The translations under genes were made by a program, and so were the position numbers. Below the pieces are notes generated by a model. The model was given only the letters and a program-made list of their open reading frames with translations. It searched no databases and had not been told where the DNA came from. A stretch of 64,000 nucleotides of DNA from Bacteroidia bacterium. GTDB lineage: Bacteria > Bacteroidota > Bacteroidia > 2-12-FULL-35-15. Each line of letters starts with the position of its first letter. The stretch's first letter is position 1. The DNA is taken from positions 7,963 to 71,962 of the forward strand of contig DASWNK010000015.1 in the NCBI GenBank assembly GCA_036399275.1, written 5' to 3'. Positions 9,436 through 20,765 of the stretch are shown one piece after another.

Positions 9436-10818
9436 ATGTCAAAAACGCTGGAGTTATTTTTAGAAGCATCGGAAAAAAAGTCATTCGACAAAGAACACCG
9501 GAAGACCATACTCTATAACATTCTTCAGTACGATAAAAAAGTATTGGAAGGAAAACAGCAGTTCAGTAACCTTGAGCTTGCTAAAACCCGTGCCGCCGCG
9601 ATCAAACAGAAAGCCATCGAAAATCTCGATAAATATCTGATTGAATTTGAAGGGAACTTTATAAAGCGTGGCGGAAAAGTGATTTGGGCAGTGGATGCGG
9701 AAGAGGCGATGAAAGAAGCCTTAGAGATCATGAAAAAGGCGAAGGCAAAAACAGTGGTGAAGGCAAAGTCGATGGCAACAGAAGAGATTCATTTTAATGA
9801 ATCGCTTGAAGAGCAGGGAATAGAAAGCATTGAAACGGATCTGGGAGAATACATAGTACAGCTGAGAAAAGAACCGCCTTACCACATTGTAACTCCAGCA
9901 ATGCATCTTTCGAAAGAGGAAGTAGCGCAGACCTTTCACGATAAAAAACAAACTCCGGCAGATTGGTCGCCCGAGCAAATCACCAATTTTGTGCGTCAGG
10001 AACTGCGCGGAAGATACAGCAAAGCGGAAGTCGGAGTGAGCGGGGGGAACTTTCTGATCGCCGATGTTGGCGGTATTGCGGTAACGGAAAATGAAGGAAA
10101 CGGATTAATGTCGAACGCTTTTCCGAAGGTACAGATTGCTATTGTGGGAATTGAAAAGATTATTCCTTCCATGAATGACCTAGATCTCTTTTGGCCTTTA
10201 TTGTCGACCTATGGCACCGGGCAGGGCTTGACTGTTTACAATACGATTTACAGCGGCCCGAAACAGAACGGTGAAAGCGACGGTCCGGACGAGATGTACG
10301 TGATCTTGCTGGATAACGGCAGAACAACTCTGCTGGCGGAAACAGAACAAAGAAGAGCGCTCTCCTGCATTCGCTGTGGAGCCTGTTTAAACGCCTGCCC
10401 GGTTTATCAAACGGTAGGAGGCCATACCTATGGAACAGTATATAGCGGCCCAATCGGATCGGTCATTACCCCACATTTTAAAGGCATGGAAGAGTTCAAG
10501 CACCTGAGTTTTGCTTCTACTTTATGTGGAAAATGCACGGAAGTGTGCCCGGTAAAAATTGATATACACAAGCTGTTGCTAATCAATAGAAAACAATCAA
10601 TAGACAGCAAGCTTTCAACAAAAACAGAAAACTGGGTATGGCACTTTTGGAAGAAAGCGATGCTGAAACGCGGTAAAATGGATAAAGGTGGGGCAAAGCT
10701 GAAAAATTTCATGATCAAACAGTTCTTCAAAAAGCAATGGGGAGAACGAAGAGATTTACCGCAGGTGACGCAAAAATCATTCAATCAATCCTGGAGGGAG
10801 CGGAAGGGAATTAAATAG
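9436..10818 (+). CDS. lutB: LutB/LldF-family iron-sulfur protein (lactate utilization B)
   Basis: ETDLGEYI, HIVTPAMH, TENEGN, CIRCGACLNACPVY, YSGPIG, STLCGKCTEVCPVKI. Confidence 0.9.
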   Translation: MSKTLELFLEASEKKSFDKEHRKTILYNILQYDKKVLEGKQQFSNLELAKTRAAAIKQKAIENLDKYLIEFEGNFIKRGGKVIWAVDAEEAMKEALEIMKKAKAKTVVKAKSMATEEIHFNESLEEQGIESIETDLGEYIVQLRKEPPYHIVTPAMHLSKEEVAQTFHDKKQTPADWSPEQITNFVRQELRGRYSKAEVGVSGGNFLIADVGGIAVTENEGNGLMSNAFPKVQIAIVGIEKIIPSMNDLDLFWPLLSTYGTGQGLTVYNTIYSGPKQNGESDGPDEMYVILLDNGRTTLLAETEQRRALSCIRCGACLNACPVYQTVGGHTYGTVYSGPIGSVITPHFKGMEEFKHLSFASTLCGKCTEVCPVKIDIHKLLLINRKQSIDSKLSTKTENWVWHFWKKAMLKRGKMDKGGAKLKNFMIKQFFKKQWGERRDLPQVTQKSFNQSWRERKGIK

Positions 10819-10827
10819 ATTTTAATT

Positions 10828-11457
10828 ATGAACCAGCATTTAAAGGAAAACGAAAGAGAGCTGATCAAGCAGGTGAGCTATTTTAAAAAGCGCGCTGAAA
10901 AGATCATTTTAGAAGGAAAATCAGCGGAAGACCACTTGCCTCTAATTGAATCTTGTGAAAAATTAGTGGATACGATTCAGCTGCATGCCGCAAAGAGAGC
11001 AGAAATTCTGTTACAGCGAGAAACATTGAAAAATATTGTTAAGGACAATGCTGTTTGCCCCAAATGTTATAAAAACACACATTTAAAACCTGCAGGAATC
11101 GACACTGGCGATAACGGCTGGAAGTGTAATAAATATCGTTGCAGAAAATGCAATATTGAATTTGTCTGGGCAAAACCCAACAATCCTTGGGACTTAGTGC
11201 CATATCTGGAGAGAATGATTGCAAACATAGAGACAAAACTTAGTGAAGAAGGAGTAGAAGAGTCACAAAAGGAAGAATCAACAAAGATGATTGAGCAGAT
11301 TCAGTTAAGCCTTTCTAAATTAAAGCCGGTGATTGAAGCCTCTGACTTGGATTACGCGGAGATGGAGGCAAGGGAAGCAGACATGAGTCGCATCGTAAAT
11401 GAATTTAAAATGCACCTGCAGATCGAGCGCATTAAGCTAGATGCTCAGGATAATTAA
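10828..11457 (+). CDS. Hypothetical protein with central Cys4 zinc ribbon and flanking coiled coils
   Basis: VCPKC...KYRCRKC; helical, charged N- and C-terminal parts; tightly spaced between lutB and ybeY. Confidence 0.75.
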   Translation: MNQHLKENERELIKQVSYFKKRAEKIILEGKSAEDHLPLIESCEKLVDTIQLHAAKRAEILLQRETLKNIVKDNAVCPKCYKNTHLKPAGIDTGDNGWKCNKYRCRKCNIEFVWAKPNNPWDLVPYLERMIANIETKLSEEGVEESQKEESTKMIEQIQLSLSKLKPVIEASDLDYAEMEAREADMSRIVNEFKMHLQIERIKLDAQDN

Positions 11458-11464
11458 GGAGACT

Positions 11465-11893
11465 ATGATTAATTTTCATAACGAAGACGTCGTATTTAAG
11501 CTCAAACAAAAAGCCATTTTAAAAAAATGGATCAGCTTAGTAATTGAAAAGAAAAAGCGCAAAACCGGTGACATTTCTTTTGTCTTTTGTTCAGACAGTT
11601 TTTTGCTGGATTTAAACAAGCAATACCTGGATCACGATACGTATACCGACATTATCACTTTTGATTATTCAAAGGAAGACCCAAAACTTCCAATTAGCGG
11701 TGAAATCTTTGTAAGTATTGACCGAATTAGGGAAAACGCAAAGAAGTTCTCTAAAACTACCGAAGAAGAATTACACCGCGTAATCATTCATGGTGTTCTA
11801 CACTTATTGGGTTATGGCGATAAATCAAAAATCGCAAAGGCCGAAATGACAAAGCAGGAAGATCTCTGTCTCATACAATTGCAGAAATTATAG
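11465..11893 (+). CDS. ybeY: rRNA maturation RNase YbeY
   Basis: LNKQYLDHDTYTDIITFDY, GEIFVS, HRVIIHGVLHLLGYGD. Start set at MINFH (11465). Confidence 0.95.
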   Translation: MINFHNEDVVFKLKQKAILKKWISLVIEKKKRKTGDISFVFCSDSFLLDLNKQYLDHDTYTDIITFDYSKEDPKLPISGEIFVSIDRIRENAKKFSKTTEEELHRVIIHGVLHLLGYGDKSKIAKAEMTKQEDLCLIQLQKL

Positions 11894-11938
11894 CAAGTAA
11901 GCCTCGTCTGATTAGACAGAATCAAAAAAGCTGGCGTA

Positions 11939-13129
11939 TTACTTTTCAATAGCTTCCACACCCGGAAGGCTTCCGCTTTCGATGTATTCCAGCAAAGCGC
12001 CGCCGCCGGTAGAAACATAAGAAACCTCTTTTCCAAAGTTATACTTATTGATGGCGGCAACAGAATCCCCCCCCCCAATCAATGAATAAGCACCTTTTTT
12101 CGTCGCGCGGACAATGGATTCTGCGGCTGATTTCGTTCCGTGCTCGAAGCTGCTCATCTCAAAAACGCCCATAGGCCCGTTCCATAAAATGGTTTTAGAA
12201 TTAGCAATGACTTCATCGTATATTTTTTCTGTTTCTGGTCCGATGTCCAGGCCCATCCAACCGTCCGGAATAGCATTGATGTCAACAGTTTGCTTGTTGG
12301 CATCATTCGAAAAATTATCTGCAACAATGGCATCTATGGGAATATAAATGTTTACTCCTTTTTCTTTTGCCGTTTTTAAAATAGTCAAAGCCGTTTCCAG
12401 TTTATCTTCTTCCACCAGCGATTTGCCGATTTTTCCTCCCTGAGCTTTCACAAATGTAAAAGCCATTCCTCCTCCGATAATAATATTGTCGGCTTTGTTG
12501 ATTAGCTGTTCGAGAATTAAAATTTTGTCAGAAACCTTCGCACCGCCCATAATGGCAGTAAATGGTTTTTCAGCGCTGTTTAATACTTTATTGACGCTTG
12601 CAATTTCACCGCTCATGACATAGCCAAAACATTTGTTCTCTGGAAAAAAACGGGCAATTACCGCAGTCGAAGCGTGTGCGCGATGGGCTGTTCCGAAAGC
12701 ATCGTTTACATAAAAAGTTCCCAAAGCAGAAAGCTGTTTTGCAAAACCAAGATCGCCTTTTTCTTCCTGCTTGTAAAAGCGTAAATTTTCAAGCAATAGA
12801 ACTTCTCCCGCTTTTAAAGCGCTTGCAGCGTTAGTAGCAACATCACCAATGCAGTCTGAAGCAAAATTTACCGGCCGGCCCAATAGTTTGCTCAAGTGGC
12901 TAACCACATGGTTTAAAGAATATTTCTCGGCCGGGCCTTCTTTTGGTCTGCCTAAATGCGACATTAAAATAACAGCACCTCCATCAGCAATAATCTTATT
13001 AATGGTTGGTAGCGCTGCGCGGATACGGGTATCGTCTGTAATAATATATTGGGCGTCCAAAGGAACGTTAAAATCCACTCTGATCAGCGCTTTGTGATCT
13101 TTGAAATTAAAATTGTCAACAGTTTTCAT
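11939..13129 (-). CDS. pgk: Phosphoglycerate kinase
   Basis: [55 protein letters not shown]. Start set at MKTVDN (13129). Confidence 0.98.
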   Translation of the reverse strand: MKTVDNFNFKDHKALIRVDFNVPLDAQYIITDDTRIRAALPTINKIIADGGAVILMSHLGRPKEGPAEKYSLNHVVSHLSKLLGRPVNFASDCIGDVATNAASALKAGEVLLLENLRFYKQEEKGDLGFAKQLSALGTFYVNDAFGTAHRAHASTAVIARFFPENKCFGYVMSGEIASVNKVLNSAEKPFTAIMGGAKVSDKILILEQLINKADNIIIGGGMAFTFVKAQGGKIGKSLVEEDKLETALTILKTAKEKGVNIYIPIDAIVADNFSNDANKQTVDINAIPDGWMGLDIGPETEKIYDEVIANSKTILWNGPMGVFEMSSFEHGTKSAAESIVRATKKGAYSLIGGGDSVAAINKYNFGKEVSYVSTGGGALLEYIESGSLPGVEAIEK

Positions 13130-13235
13130 TAAAGGAAAATTTAATTTTGCTGCAAAAATAGCCTTTCTGTTCAAACGAAAAAATGATTCTAAAATTAAAC
13201 CAATGAAAAGGACCAAAAAGTTTGTTTATCAAAAG

Positions 13236-14332
13236 TTAATTGGTCCAGAACAAACGATAAATTTTATCATCATCCGCCAGCGGGAGCGGAATGATACTTC
13301 CCTTATTGGAGGATGAAAACAACAAAGAGCCGTCAGGGGCCTGGATGACGTTACGTAATCGGTTAAAAGTTTTAACGAGCGTGTCCTGCCTGTTGGTTGC
13401 CGATGTGCCGTTATCGCTAATATCAAAGCGTGCGAGACGCTGTCCCCTCAAGGCGCCCAGAATAAGATCATTTTGCCATGTGCCCCATTCACTTCCTTTG
13501 ATAAATGTGCAGCCCGAAGGTGCGAGGGTTTCTGTGCCCGTATGATAAACGGCAGGAGTGAGGGAATCGCTTTCGGTTCCACCAAAGGCAATTGGCCAAC
13601 CATAGTTTTTTCCGGGTTCAATCAAATTAAGCTCATCATGACAACACCATCCGTATTCACCTGATGGCCCGTGTTCGGTGGCGATCATTTTACCTTGTTT
13701 ATTCCAGTCGAAGCCCTGAACGTTCCGGTGGCCATATGACCAGATTCTGCTGTTGAACGGGTTTCCTTTTGCGGCATTTCCATTCCGGTCTATGCGCAAG
13801 ATCTTTCCGGCAAGCGAGCTGGTGTCTTGTGCTGAAAGCGGCACCTGAGCATCGCCAGTCCCGAGATATAGAAAGCCGTCCGGCCCAAAGCGCAAGGCGC
13901 CTCCGTCGTGATTGTTTGCTGCAGGAATGCCGGTAAGAATGATCTGATCCTGTGAAAGTACATCGTTTTCCATTTTTAATCTCACTACCTGGTTGAACCC
14001 GACAACAGTTTCATAAATAAAGACGTAATAATTGTTTTCAAAATCAGGGTCGATCGCAAGACCCAGTAAACCGCCTTCGGAGACTTCTACGGTCCGCATT
14101 AAGATCAAATTATGGCTGCTTACGGAATTCTTTTTAAGGTTTATTTCACCGCTTCGCTCACAAAAAAGAAAGTCATTAGGTAAGAAGTCCATTCCCCAAG
14201 GGTTTCGAGATTTTTGGCGAACACTTCTATTTGAAGATGTTTGCGCTTTTCAGGAATTTCAGTATCCCTTTTACAATTGGAGAAAACAATCAGCAAAACA
14301 CCTAAAAGTGATGCGCCGTATAATGTTTTCAT
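13236..14332 (-). pseudogene. PQQ-dependent sugar dehydrogenase (GSDH/YliI-like) lipoprotein split by a 1-nt frameshift
   Basis: ORF 14141-14332 supplies the lipoprotein signal (..VFSNC) and LQIEVFAKNLET. ORF 13236-14192 supplies EGGLLG, HDGGALRFGPDG, GHRNVQG, DELN, NYGWP. Adding one C at 14200-14202 restores LETPWGMDFLP. Confidence 0.8.
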
Positions 14333-14600
14333 AGTTTTAAATTTCGGTTAAAAATTGAATTAGGTTTAGCCGAACCTGGAACAGCTTCTTTCCATACAAG
14401 TTGATGCCAATCGGGCAAAGAGGATCTATAGTCATCATAGTTAGGCGCGCGGGATAACAATCGAAAATAGCCTGAAAAGTTATCAAGGTTCGGCAGTTCA
14501 AAAATACTGTTAAAGCCGTTTTTCAAGTGAAATCATTTCCTATCTTTGAAAGCGTTAAAAACAGGAAGCAAATTCCCGCTATTGATGATGAAGAGATAAA

Positions 14601-15740
14601 ATGCTATTCAAAGAAATAATAGGTCAGAAAGCAGTAAAAGATCGATTAATCCGTTTCGTAAAGGACGGCAGGATTAGTCACGCACAATTATTTCTCGGAC
14701 CGGAAGGTTCAGGAAGCCTTGCGCTTGCTGTTGCATATGCCCAGTTTATTTCCTGTAAAAACAAAGCGGAAGACGATTCTTGCGGGCAGTGTTCTTCCTG
14801 TGTAAAATATAATAAGCTGGTTCACCCCGATCTTCATTTTGTTTATCCAGTGGCGCTTTCGAAGGACGTGAGAACAAGCACGGATGTGGCTGCCGAATGG
14901 CGAAACGCCTTCCTTGATAATCCCTATGTTACACTGTTCAATTGGTTTGAACAATTGAGCGCAGAGAATAAACAGGCGGTGATCGGCGTGGAAGAAAGCG
15001 GAGAGATCCTTCGTAAATTGAGTCTTACCACTTATGAATCAGAGTACAAGATCATGATCATCTGGCAGGCAGAAAAAATGAATCAGGCTGCCGCCAATAA
15101 ATTGTTAAAGATTCTGGAAGAGCCACCAGATAAGACTTTATTCCTGCTGGTATGTGAAAGTGAAGATCAGTTATTGCGAACAATTGTTTCCAGAACCCAA
15201 CTGATCAAAGTGACCAAGATCAACGATCAGGACCTGATGCAGGCATTGGTCGATCATCAGGGAATAACGGCAGAGGCTGCAGAAAAAATAGCTCACTTGG
15301 CAGATGGAAGTTATGCAGAAGCATTGGTATTACTGAGTGAAAACGAAAATGCAGGTCAGAACCTCGCCAGCTTTCAGAAATTAATGCGGGCAAGTTTAAA
15401 ATTTGATCCAAAATCAGTGATGGCGTGGATCGATGAAGTGAGCTCTGCGGGAAGAGAACGGCAAAAGAATTTTTTGAATTACGCTTTGCACATTATGCGC
15501 GAAAGTCTCATCCTGAATTATGCAGATCCGAGTCTTGTTAAGCTGAGTGCCGATGAGCAGGACTTTGTAAAAAAGTTCTCGCCCTTCATTCATACCAATA
15601 ATGTGGAACGGTTTATAGAAGAATTAAATAAAGCGCACTATCACATGGAGCGCAACGCGAACGCAAAAATTTTATTTATGGATCTGGCTTTTAAGTTCAA
15701 CGAACTGTTGAATGTAGCAAAGCCGGTATTACAGGCCTGA
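14601..15740 (+). CDS. holB: DNA polymerase III subunit delta'
   Basis: HAQLFLGPEGSG, CGQCSSC, HPDLHF, AANKLLKILEEPP, TIVSRTQ. Confidence 0.93.
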   Translation: MLFKEIIGQKAVKDRLIRFVKDGRISHAQLFLGPEGSGSLALAVAYAQFISCKNKAEDDSCGQCSSCVKYNKLVHPDLHFVYPVALSKDVRTSTDVAAEWRNAFLDNPYVTLFNWFEQLSAENKQAVIGVEESGEILRKLSLTTYESEYKIMIIWQAEKMNQAAANKLLKILEEPPDKTLFLLVCESEDQLLRTIVSRTQLIKVTKINDQDLMQALVDHQGITAEAAEKIAHLADGSYAEALVLLSENENAGQNLASFQKLMRASLKFDPKSVMAWIDEVSSAGRERQKNFLNYALHIMRESLILNYADPSLVKLSADEQDFVKKFSPFIHTNNVERFIEELNKAHYHMERNANAKILFMDLAFKFNELLNVAKPVLQA

Positions 15741-15817
15741 GGCAAAGCGCTTCAGGACCGAATAGTTAATTAACAATTCTTTCTGCTTAATGCAGAAATT
15801 AAGATAGGAAAATAAAA

Positions 15818-17239
15818 ATGGGATGTAGTGGATGTTCAACAGGAAGAGGTTGCAGCACATCGAGCAACGGATTGCCGGGAGGCTGTAAAAATAATGGTTC
15901 CTGCGGAGCCGGCGGATGCAATAAACTCAATGTTTTTGACTGGCTGGCAAACATGGAGCTTCCAAGTGGGCAACCCGCTTGTGATGTGGTAGAGATCCGG
16001 TTTAAGAACAGCAGAAAGGCTTTTTTCAGAAACGTGAATAGCCTGCAGTTGAATGTAGGTGACGTTGTTGCGGTAGAAGCAACAGGCGGACACGATATCG
16101 GCGTAATTTCCATTTCAGGAGAGCTGGTTCGCTTGCAGATGAAGAAGCGTAACATTAAAGATGATTCGGAAGAAATTAAAAAAGTATATCGCAAAGCAAA
16201 ACCGGCCGACATTGAAAAATGGCAGGAAGCGCAGGGACTGGAACAGGCAACAATGTATCGTGCAAGAACCTGCGCGGTAAAGCTGAACCTGCAAATGAAG
16301 ATTAGTGATGTGGAATACCAGGGCGATCGCACCAAAGCAATTTTTTATTATACAGCGGATGACCGGGTTGATTTCCGTGAGCTGATTAAAGTGCTGGCGG
16401 ATGAATTTAAGGTGCGCATTGAGATGAAACAGATCGGTGCACGTCAGGAAGCCGGGCGTTTGGGTGCTATCGGATCTTGCGGAAGAGAATTATGCTGTTC
16501 TACCTGGCTGACGGATTTCCGTTCCGTTTCAACGAGTGCGGCACGTTACCAGCAACTTTCGTTGAACCCTTTAAAGCTGGCCGGACAATGCGGCAAACTG
16601 AAATGTTGTTTGAACTATGAGTTGGATAGCTATATGGATGCGCTTCAGGATTTTCCGGAAGTAAACAACGTAAAGCTTGAAACAGAGCGGGGAAGAGCCT
16701 TTCACCAAAAAACAGATATTTTCAGAAGAACGATGTTTTTCTCCTATACCGATGAGCCGGATAACTTTATTCCGCTTCCGGTGGACCGGGTGAAAGAAAT
16801 CATGGAGATGAACAAGAACAGCGTGAAACCGCAAGATTTGTTGATCAAGGTGATTCCAAAATTCGTGGAGAAAACACCAGATTACGAAAATGTGGTTGGA
16901 CAAGACAGTCTTACCCGTTTTGATAAAAGCAAAAAACCCAAAGGGAAAAGCAATAACAACAAAAGAAGAAATGGGCCCAATCCGAATAAGCAAACGGCAA
17001 ATCCTGTTGCCGGTGTAAGCCCTGCTCAAGGGGCCGCCGCAACCAACCCGAATCCAAATCCAAACAGGAGAAACCAGAACCAACGGCCTAAACCAAAGCC
17101 TAATCCGAACGCAAACCAGAACGCAACTCCGGGCGCAAATACCAATAAACCAAATACCAATAATCGTCCGCGACAGAATAACCGTCCGCGTCCAAATACG
17201 AACAACAATACACCTAAGCCTCCGCCGCAAGGCGAATAA
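15818..17239 (+). CDS. ricT: PSP1-domain protein RicT/YaaT with long low-complexity tail
   Basis: Cys-rich N-terminus, VEIRFKNSRK, RVDFRELIK, GSCGRELCC, LAGQCGKLKCCLNYE; located after holB. Confidence 0.9.
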   Translation: MGCSGCSTGRGCSTSSNGLPGGCKNNGSCGAGGCNKLNVFDWLANMELPSGQPACDVVEIRFKNSRKAFFRNVNSLQLNVGDVVAVEATGGHDIGVISISGELVRLQMKKRNIKDDSEEIKKVYRKAKPADIEKWQEAQGLEQATMYRARTCAVKLNLQMKISDVEYQGDRTKAIFYYTADDRVDFRELIKVLADEFKVRIEMKQIGARQEAGRLGAIGSCGRELCCSTWLTDFRSVSTSAARYQQLSLNPLKLAGQCGKLKCCLNYELDSYMDALQDFPEVNNVKLETERGRAFHQKTDIFRRTMFFSYTDEPDNFIPLPVDRVKEIMEMNKNSVKPQDLLIKVIPKFVEKTPDYENVVGQDSLTRFDKSKKPKGKSNNNKRRNGPNPNKQTANPVAGVSPAQGAAATNPNPNPNRRNQNQRPKPKPNPNANQNATPGANTNKPNTNNRPRQNNRPRPNTNNNTPKPPPQGE

Positions 17240-17242
17240 TAT

Positions 17243-17734
17243 ATGGGAGAAGTGTTTCTAAAATCAAAAGCAGTTTCAATAACAGTTTCATTCCTGTTAA
17301 TGGTGCTGTTCTTTTCTTCCTGTGATCAAGCCCGCATCTTTGAACAAAACCAGAGTATGCCGGAAAGCGGTTGGGCCGAAACAAATGTTGTAAAATTTGA
17401 TGTTGACATTAAAGATCCTTCAACGCCAGCCAATTTCTATATCAATGTAAGGCAAGCCGACGGATATCCATACAGCAATTTATTCATGTTTATAAAAACA
17501 GTTTTTCCTAGCGGAAAATCATCAACAGACACGCTTGAATGTGTACTTGCAGACGATAAGGGAAAATGGCTGGGAAGCGGTGTTGGCGATCTGTATGATA
17601 ACCAGATACCGTTTAAGAGAAATGTGCGTTTTCCACAAGCGGGAAATTATCACTTTGAAATACAACAAGCCATGCGAACAGAAAATGTTCCGCTGATCAT
17701 GGACATCGGTTTGAGAATAGAAAAGGCTGAATAG
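17243..17734 (+). CDS. gldH: Gliding motility lipoprotein GldH
   Basis: Lipobox FSSC, 'GW', YPYSNLF, GKWLGSG, EIQQAMR, DIGLRIEK; typical ricT-gldH-PBP context. Confidence 0.88.
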   Translation: MGEVFLKSKAVSITVSFLLMVLFFSSCDQARIFEQNQSMPESGWAETNVVKFDVDIKDPSTPANFYINVRQADGYPYSNLFMFIKTVFPSGKSSTDTLECVLADDKGKWLGSGVGDLYDNQIPFKRNVRFPQAGNYHFEIQQAMRTENVPLIMDIGLRIEKAE

Positions 17735-17780
17735 ATTCTGCTGATCATTGAATTTCGAAATTGCAGATGCAAAAATAATT

Positions 17781-20039
17781 ATGGTAGTAGAAAAGAAAAA
17801 AGAAAAAGAAAAATCTAAAAAGTTTGTCATTTGGTTTTGGCTATTATTTGGCGGACCTGTAGTGGGAATACTTTTCTTTGTGTTCTTTATCCGCATGTTT
17901 GGCAATTTACCAGATACAGAAGAGCTTCAAAACCCGAAAACTTTTTTAGCGACAGAGGTTTATTCCTGCGATATGAAAGTATTGGGGAAATTTTATGCAG
18001 AGAACAGAACGAACGTAAAATTCAAAGAGATTTCTCCGAATGTGGTCAACGCGTTGATTGCAACGGAAGACGCACGTTTTTATGATCATTCAGGGATCGA
18101 CTTGCGTGCACTTGGAAGAGCTATTTATGGCGCCTTGACTGGAAATTCCGCCAGCGGAGGCGGAAGCACTATCACACAGCAATTGGCAAAAATGCTTTTT
18201 CCAAGAGAAGACCTGAGCAAAATGGAGCTGGTAATGCGGAAATTCAAAGAGTGGATTATTGCTGTGAAGCTGGAAAGAGAGTACACAAAGAAGGAGATCA
18301 TTGCGATGTACCTGAATAAATTCGATTATGTGAACAATGCTGTCGGAATTAAATCTGCGGCCCAGATCTATTTTGGCACAACGCCTGATTCTTTGCGAAT
18401 GGAACAGGCAGCCACGCTGGTTGGAATGGCAAAAAATCCGGCCTATTTTAATCCAAACCGGTTTCACGACAGAGCAGAAGGCAGAAGGAATACAGTGCTT
18501 CGCCAAATGGAAAAATATGGGTACTTAAGCAGGCAACAAAGCGATTCTTTGCAGAAAATACCGCTGAAATTAAGCTTCCATCCGGAAGATCACAATGAGG
18601 GACTCGCGCCATATTTCCGCGAATACCTGAGAGATGTATTTTTGAAAAAATGGTGCGAAGAGAACCGCAAGCCCGACGGAACGAAATATGATGTGTACCG
18701 TGATGGATTGAAAATATATACAACGATCGATTCGCGAATGCAGCGTTATGCAGAAGAAGCTGTGGCAGAACATCTGCCGGTATTGCAGGCACAATTTGAA
18801 AAAGAATTGCAGAAGAAAAGAAACGCGCCTTTTGCCTGGAACGTAAATAAAGAAGAAATAGCAAGCATCCTGAAACAGGGAATGAAACGTTCGGAGCGTT
18901 ACCGGCTTTTGAAAAAGGCCGGACATAGTGAAGCGGAGATCCTTAAGATTTTTGACAAGAAAGTTGACATGACCATTTTTACCTGGAAAGGTCAGAAGGA
19001 TACGGTTATGTCCCCAAAGGATTCTATCCGCTACTACAAAGGTTTTCTGCAAAGCGGCTTTATGTCAATCGAGCCGCAAACAGGTTATGTAAAGGCCTGG
19101 GTTGGCGGCATCAACCACAAATTTTTCCAGTATGATCACGTTCAGATCGGACACGCAAGGCAGGTCGGCTCAACATTCAAACCTTTTGTTTATGCCTTGG
19201 CGATACAGGAAGGGTATTCCCCGTGTTACCGTTTGCCCAATGTACCTACAACCATTACCTATGATGGAAAAGACTGGACGCCTCATAATTCCGACAATAA
19301 AAAGAACGGCAGGATGATGACCTTGCAGCAGGCGCTTGCCAATTCGGTAAATTATATCACCGCTTATCTAATGAAACAATTTGGACCTCAGGCTACGGTA
19401 GATCTTTGCAGAAGAATGGGAATTGTTGCTCCAATCGATGCGGTTCCGGCTATTTGCCTCGGAACTCCCGAAATATCAGTATTCGAAATGGTTGGCGCCA
19501 ACGCTACATTTGCAAACAAAGGCACCTGGGTGGAACCAACCTGCATTACGAGAATTGAAGATAAAAACGGAAAAGTGCTGGCCGATTTTGTTCCCCGAAC
19601 AGAGGAGGTAATGAACGAAGAAAAAGCATATGTGATGTTGCAGCTGATGAAAGGTGTTGTGCAGATCGGAACAGGATCCCGTTTGCGTTACCGCTTTAAA
19701 TTAAACATGCCGATAGCAGGGAAAACGGGCACGACTCAAAATAATTCTGATGGTTGGTTTATGGGAATTACACCTGATCTTGTTTCAGGATGCTGGACAG
19801 GCGCTGAAGACAGAGCTGTGCATTTTGACAATACAGTGTATGGGCAGGGAGCCGAAATGGCTCTGCCGATCTGGGCGAAATTCATGCAAAAAGTATATGC
19901 TGATAAATCGATAAAATTAACACAAGGCGATTTTGAAAAGCCATCCAAGAAAATTGACATTGAGATGGATTGCAGCAAATATAACAAAGAGCTTGAAGGT
20001 GAAGAAGACCAGTTCAATACAGGTGAAGAGCCGTATTAA
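17781..20039 (+). CDS. Bifunctional penicillin-binding protein 1A (GT51 + transpeptidase)
   Basis: [42 protein letters not shown]. Start set at MVVEKK (17781). Confidence 0.95.
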   Translation: MVVEKKKEKEKSKKFVIWFWLLFGGPVVGILFFVFFIRMFGNLPDTEELQNPKTFLATEVYSCDMKVLGKFYAENRTNVKFKEISPNVVNALIATEDARFYDHSGIDLRALGRAIYGALTGNSASGGGSTITQQLAKMLFPREDLSKMELVMRKFKEWIIAVKLEREYTKKEIIAMYLNKFDYVNNAVGIKSAAQIYFGTTPDSLRMEQAATLVGMAKNPAYFNPNRFHDRAEGRRNTVLRQMEKYGYLSRQQSDSLQKIPLKLSFHPEDHNEGLAPYFREYLRDVFLKKWCEENRKPDGTKYDVYRDGLKIYTTIDSRMQRYAEEAVAEHLPVLQAQFEKELQKKRNAPFAWNVNKEEIASILKQGMKRSERYRLLKKAGHSEAEILKIFDKKVDMTIFTWKGQKDTVMSPKDSIRYYKGFLQSGFMSIEPQTGYVKAWVGGINHKFFQYDHVQIGHARQVGSTFKPFVYALAIQEGYSPCYRLPNVPTTITYDGKDWTPHNSDNKKNGRMMTLQQALANSVNYITAYLMKQFGPQATVDLCRRMGIVAPIDAVPAICLGTPEISVFEMVGANATFANKGTWVEPTCITRIEDKNGKVLADFVPRTEEVMNEEKAYVMLQLMKGVVQIGTGSRLRYRFKLNMPIAGKTGTTQNNSDGWFMGITPDLVSGCWTGAEDRAVHFDNTVYGQGAEMALPIWAKFMQKVYADKSIKLTQGDFEKPSKKIDIEMDCSKYNKELEGEEDQFNTGEEPY

Positions 20040-20053
20040 ATTCAATTTACATT

Positions 20054-20761
20054 ATGAATAAAACCGTAAAAAATGCCGATGAGGCAATCAAAGACATTGC
20101 AGACAATGCTGTACTAATGCTGGGCGGATTCGGCCTATGTGGAATTCCCGAAAATTGCATTGCAGCCATTGTTAAAAAAGGAGTGAAGGGACTAACATGC
20201 ATTTCCAACAATGCCGGCGTGGATGATTTTGGCATCGGATTGATGTTAAAAACGCGCCAGGTAAAAAAGATGATTGCCTCTTACGTTGGCGAAAATGCCG
20301 AATTTGAACGTCAATTGTTAAGTGGTGAGCTGGAAGTCGAACTGATTCCACAGGGAACGCTGGCAACCCGCTGCCTGGCTGCCGGCTACGGAATGCCTGC
20401 CATATTTACTCCGGCTGGTGTAGGAACAGAAGTGGCCATCGGTAAGGAAACCAGAAAATTTATGGTGGATGGCGCTGAAAAAGAATTTTTGATGGAGATG
20501 GCTTTTGACGCCGATTTTGCAATCGTGAAAGCCTGGAAAGGTGATACACAGGGAAATCTGATCTTTCGTGAAACCGCCCGCAACTTTAATCCGATGATGG
20601 CAATGGCAGGAAAAATCACCATTGCTGAGGTGGAGGAGTTGGTTCCTGCAGGAGAATTGAATCCCGATCATATTCATACGCCGGGTATTTTTGTTCACCG
20701 GATCTTTCAGGGAGAAAAGTATGAAAAACGAATTGAACAGCGGACGGTAAGGAAGAAATAA
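20054..20761 (+). CDS. scoA: 3-oxoacid CoA-transferase subunit A
   Basis: [44 protein letters not shown]. Confidence 0.92.
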   Translation: MNKTVKNADEAIKDIADNAVLMLGGFGLCGIPENCIAAIVKKGVKGLTCISNNAGVDDFGIGLMLKTRQVKKMIASYVGENAEFERQLLSGELEVELIPQGTLATRCLAAGYGMPAIFTPAGVGTEVAIGKETRKFMVDGAEKEFLMEMAFDADFAIVKAWKGDTQGNLIFRETARNFNPMMAMAGKITIAEVEELVPAGELNPDHIHTPGIFVHRIFQGEKYEKRIEQRTVRKK

Positions 20762-20765
20762 TTAA

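Noticed and set aside
14329-14526. 65-aa ORF overlapping the dehydrogenase start (ATGA)
   Set aside because: TTG start and no recognisable motif; the overlap is suggestive but not enough to call a gene.
16571-17230. Long antisense ORFs (also 35452-36237, 41463-41918, 56510-57013, 15799-16335)
   Set aside because: They lie opposite well-supported genes and are explained by codon bias or low complexity.
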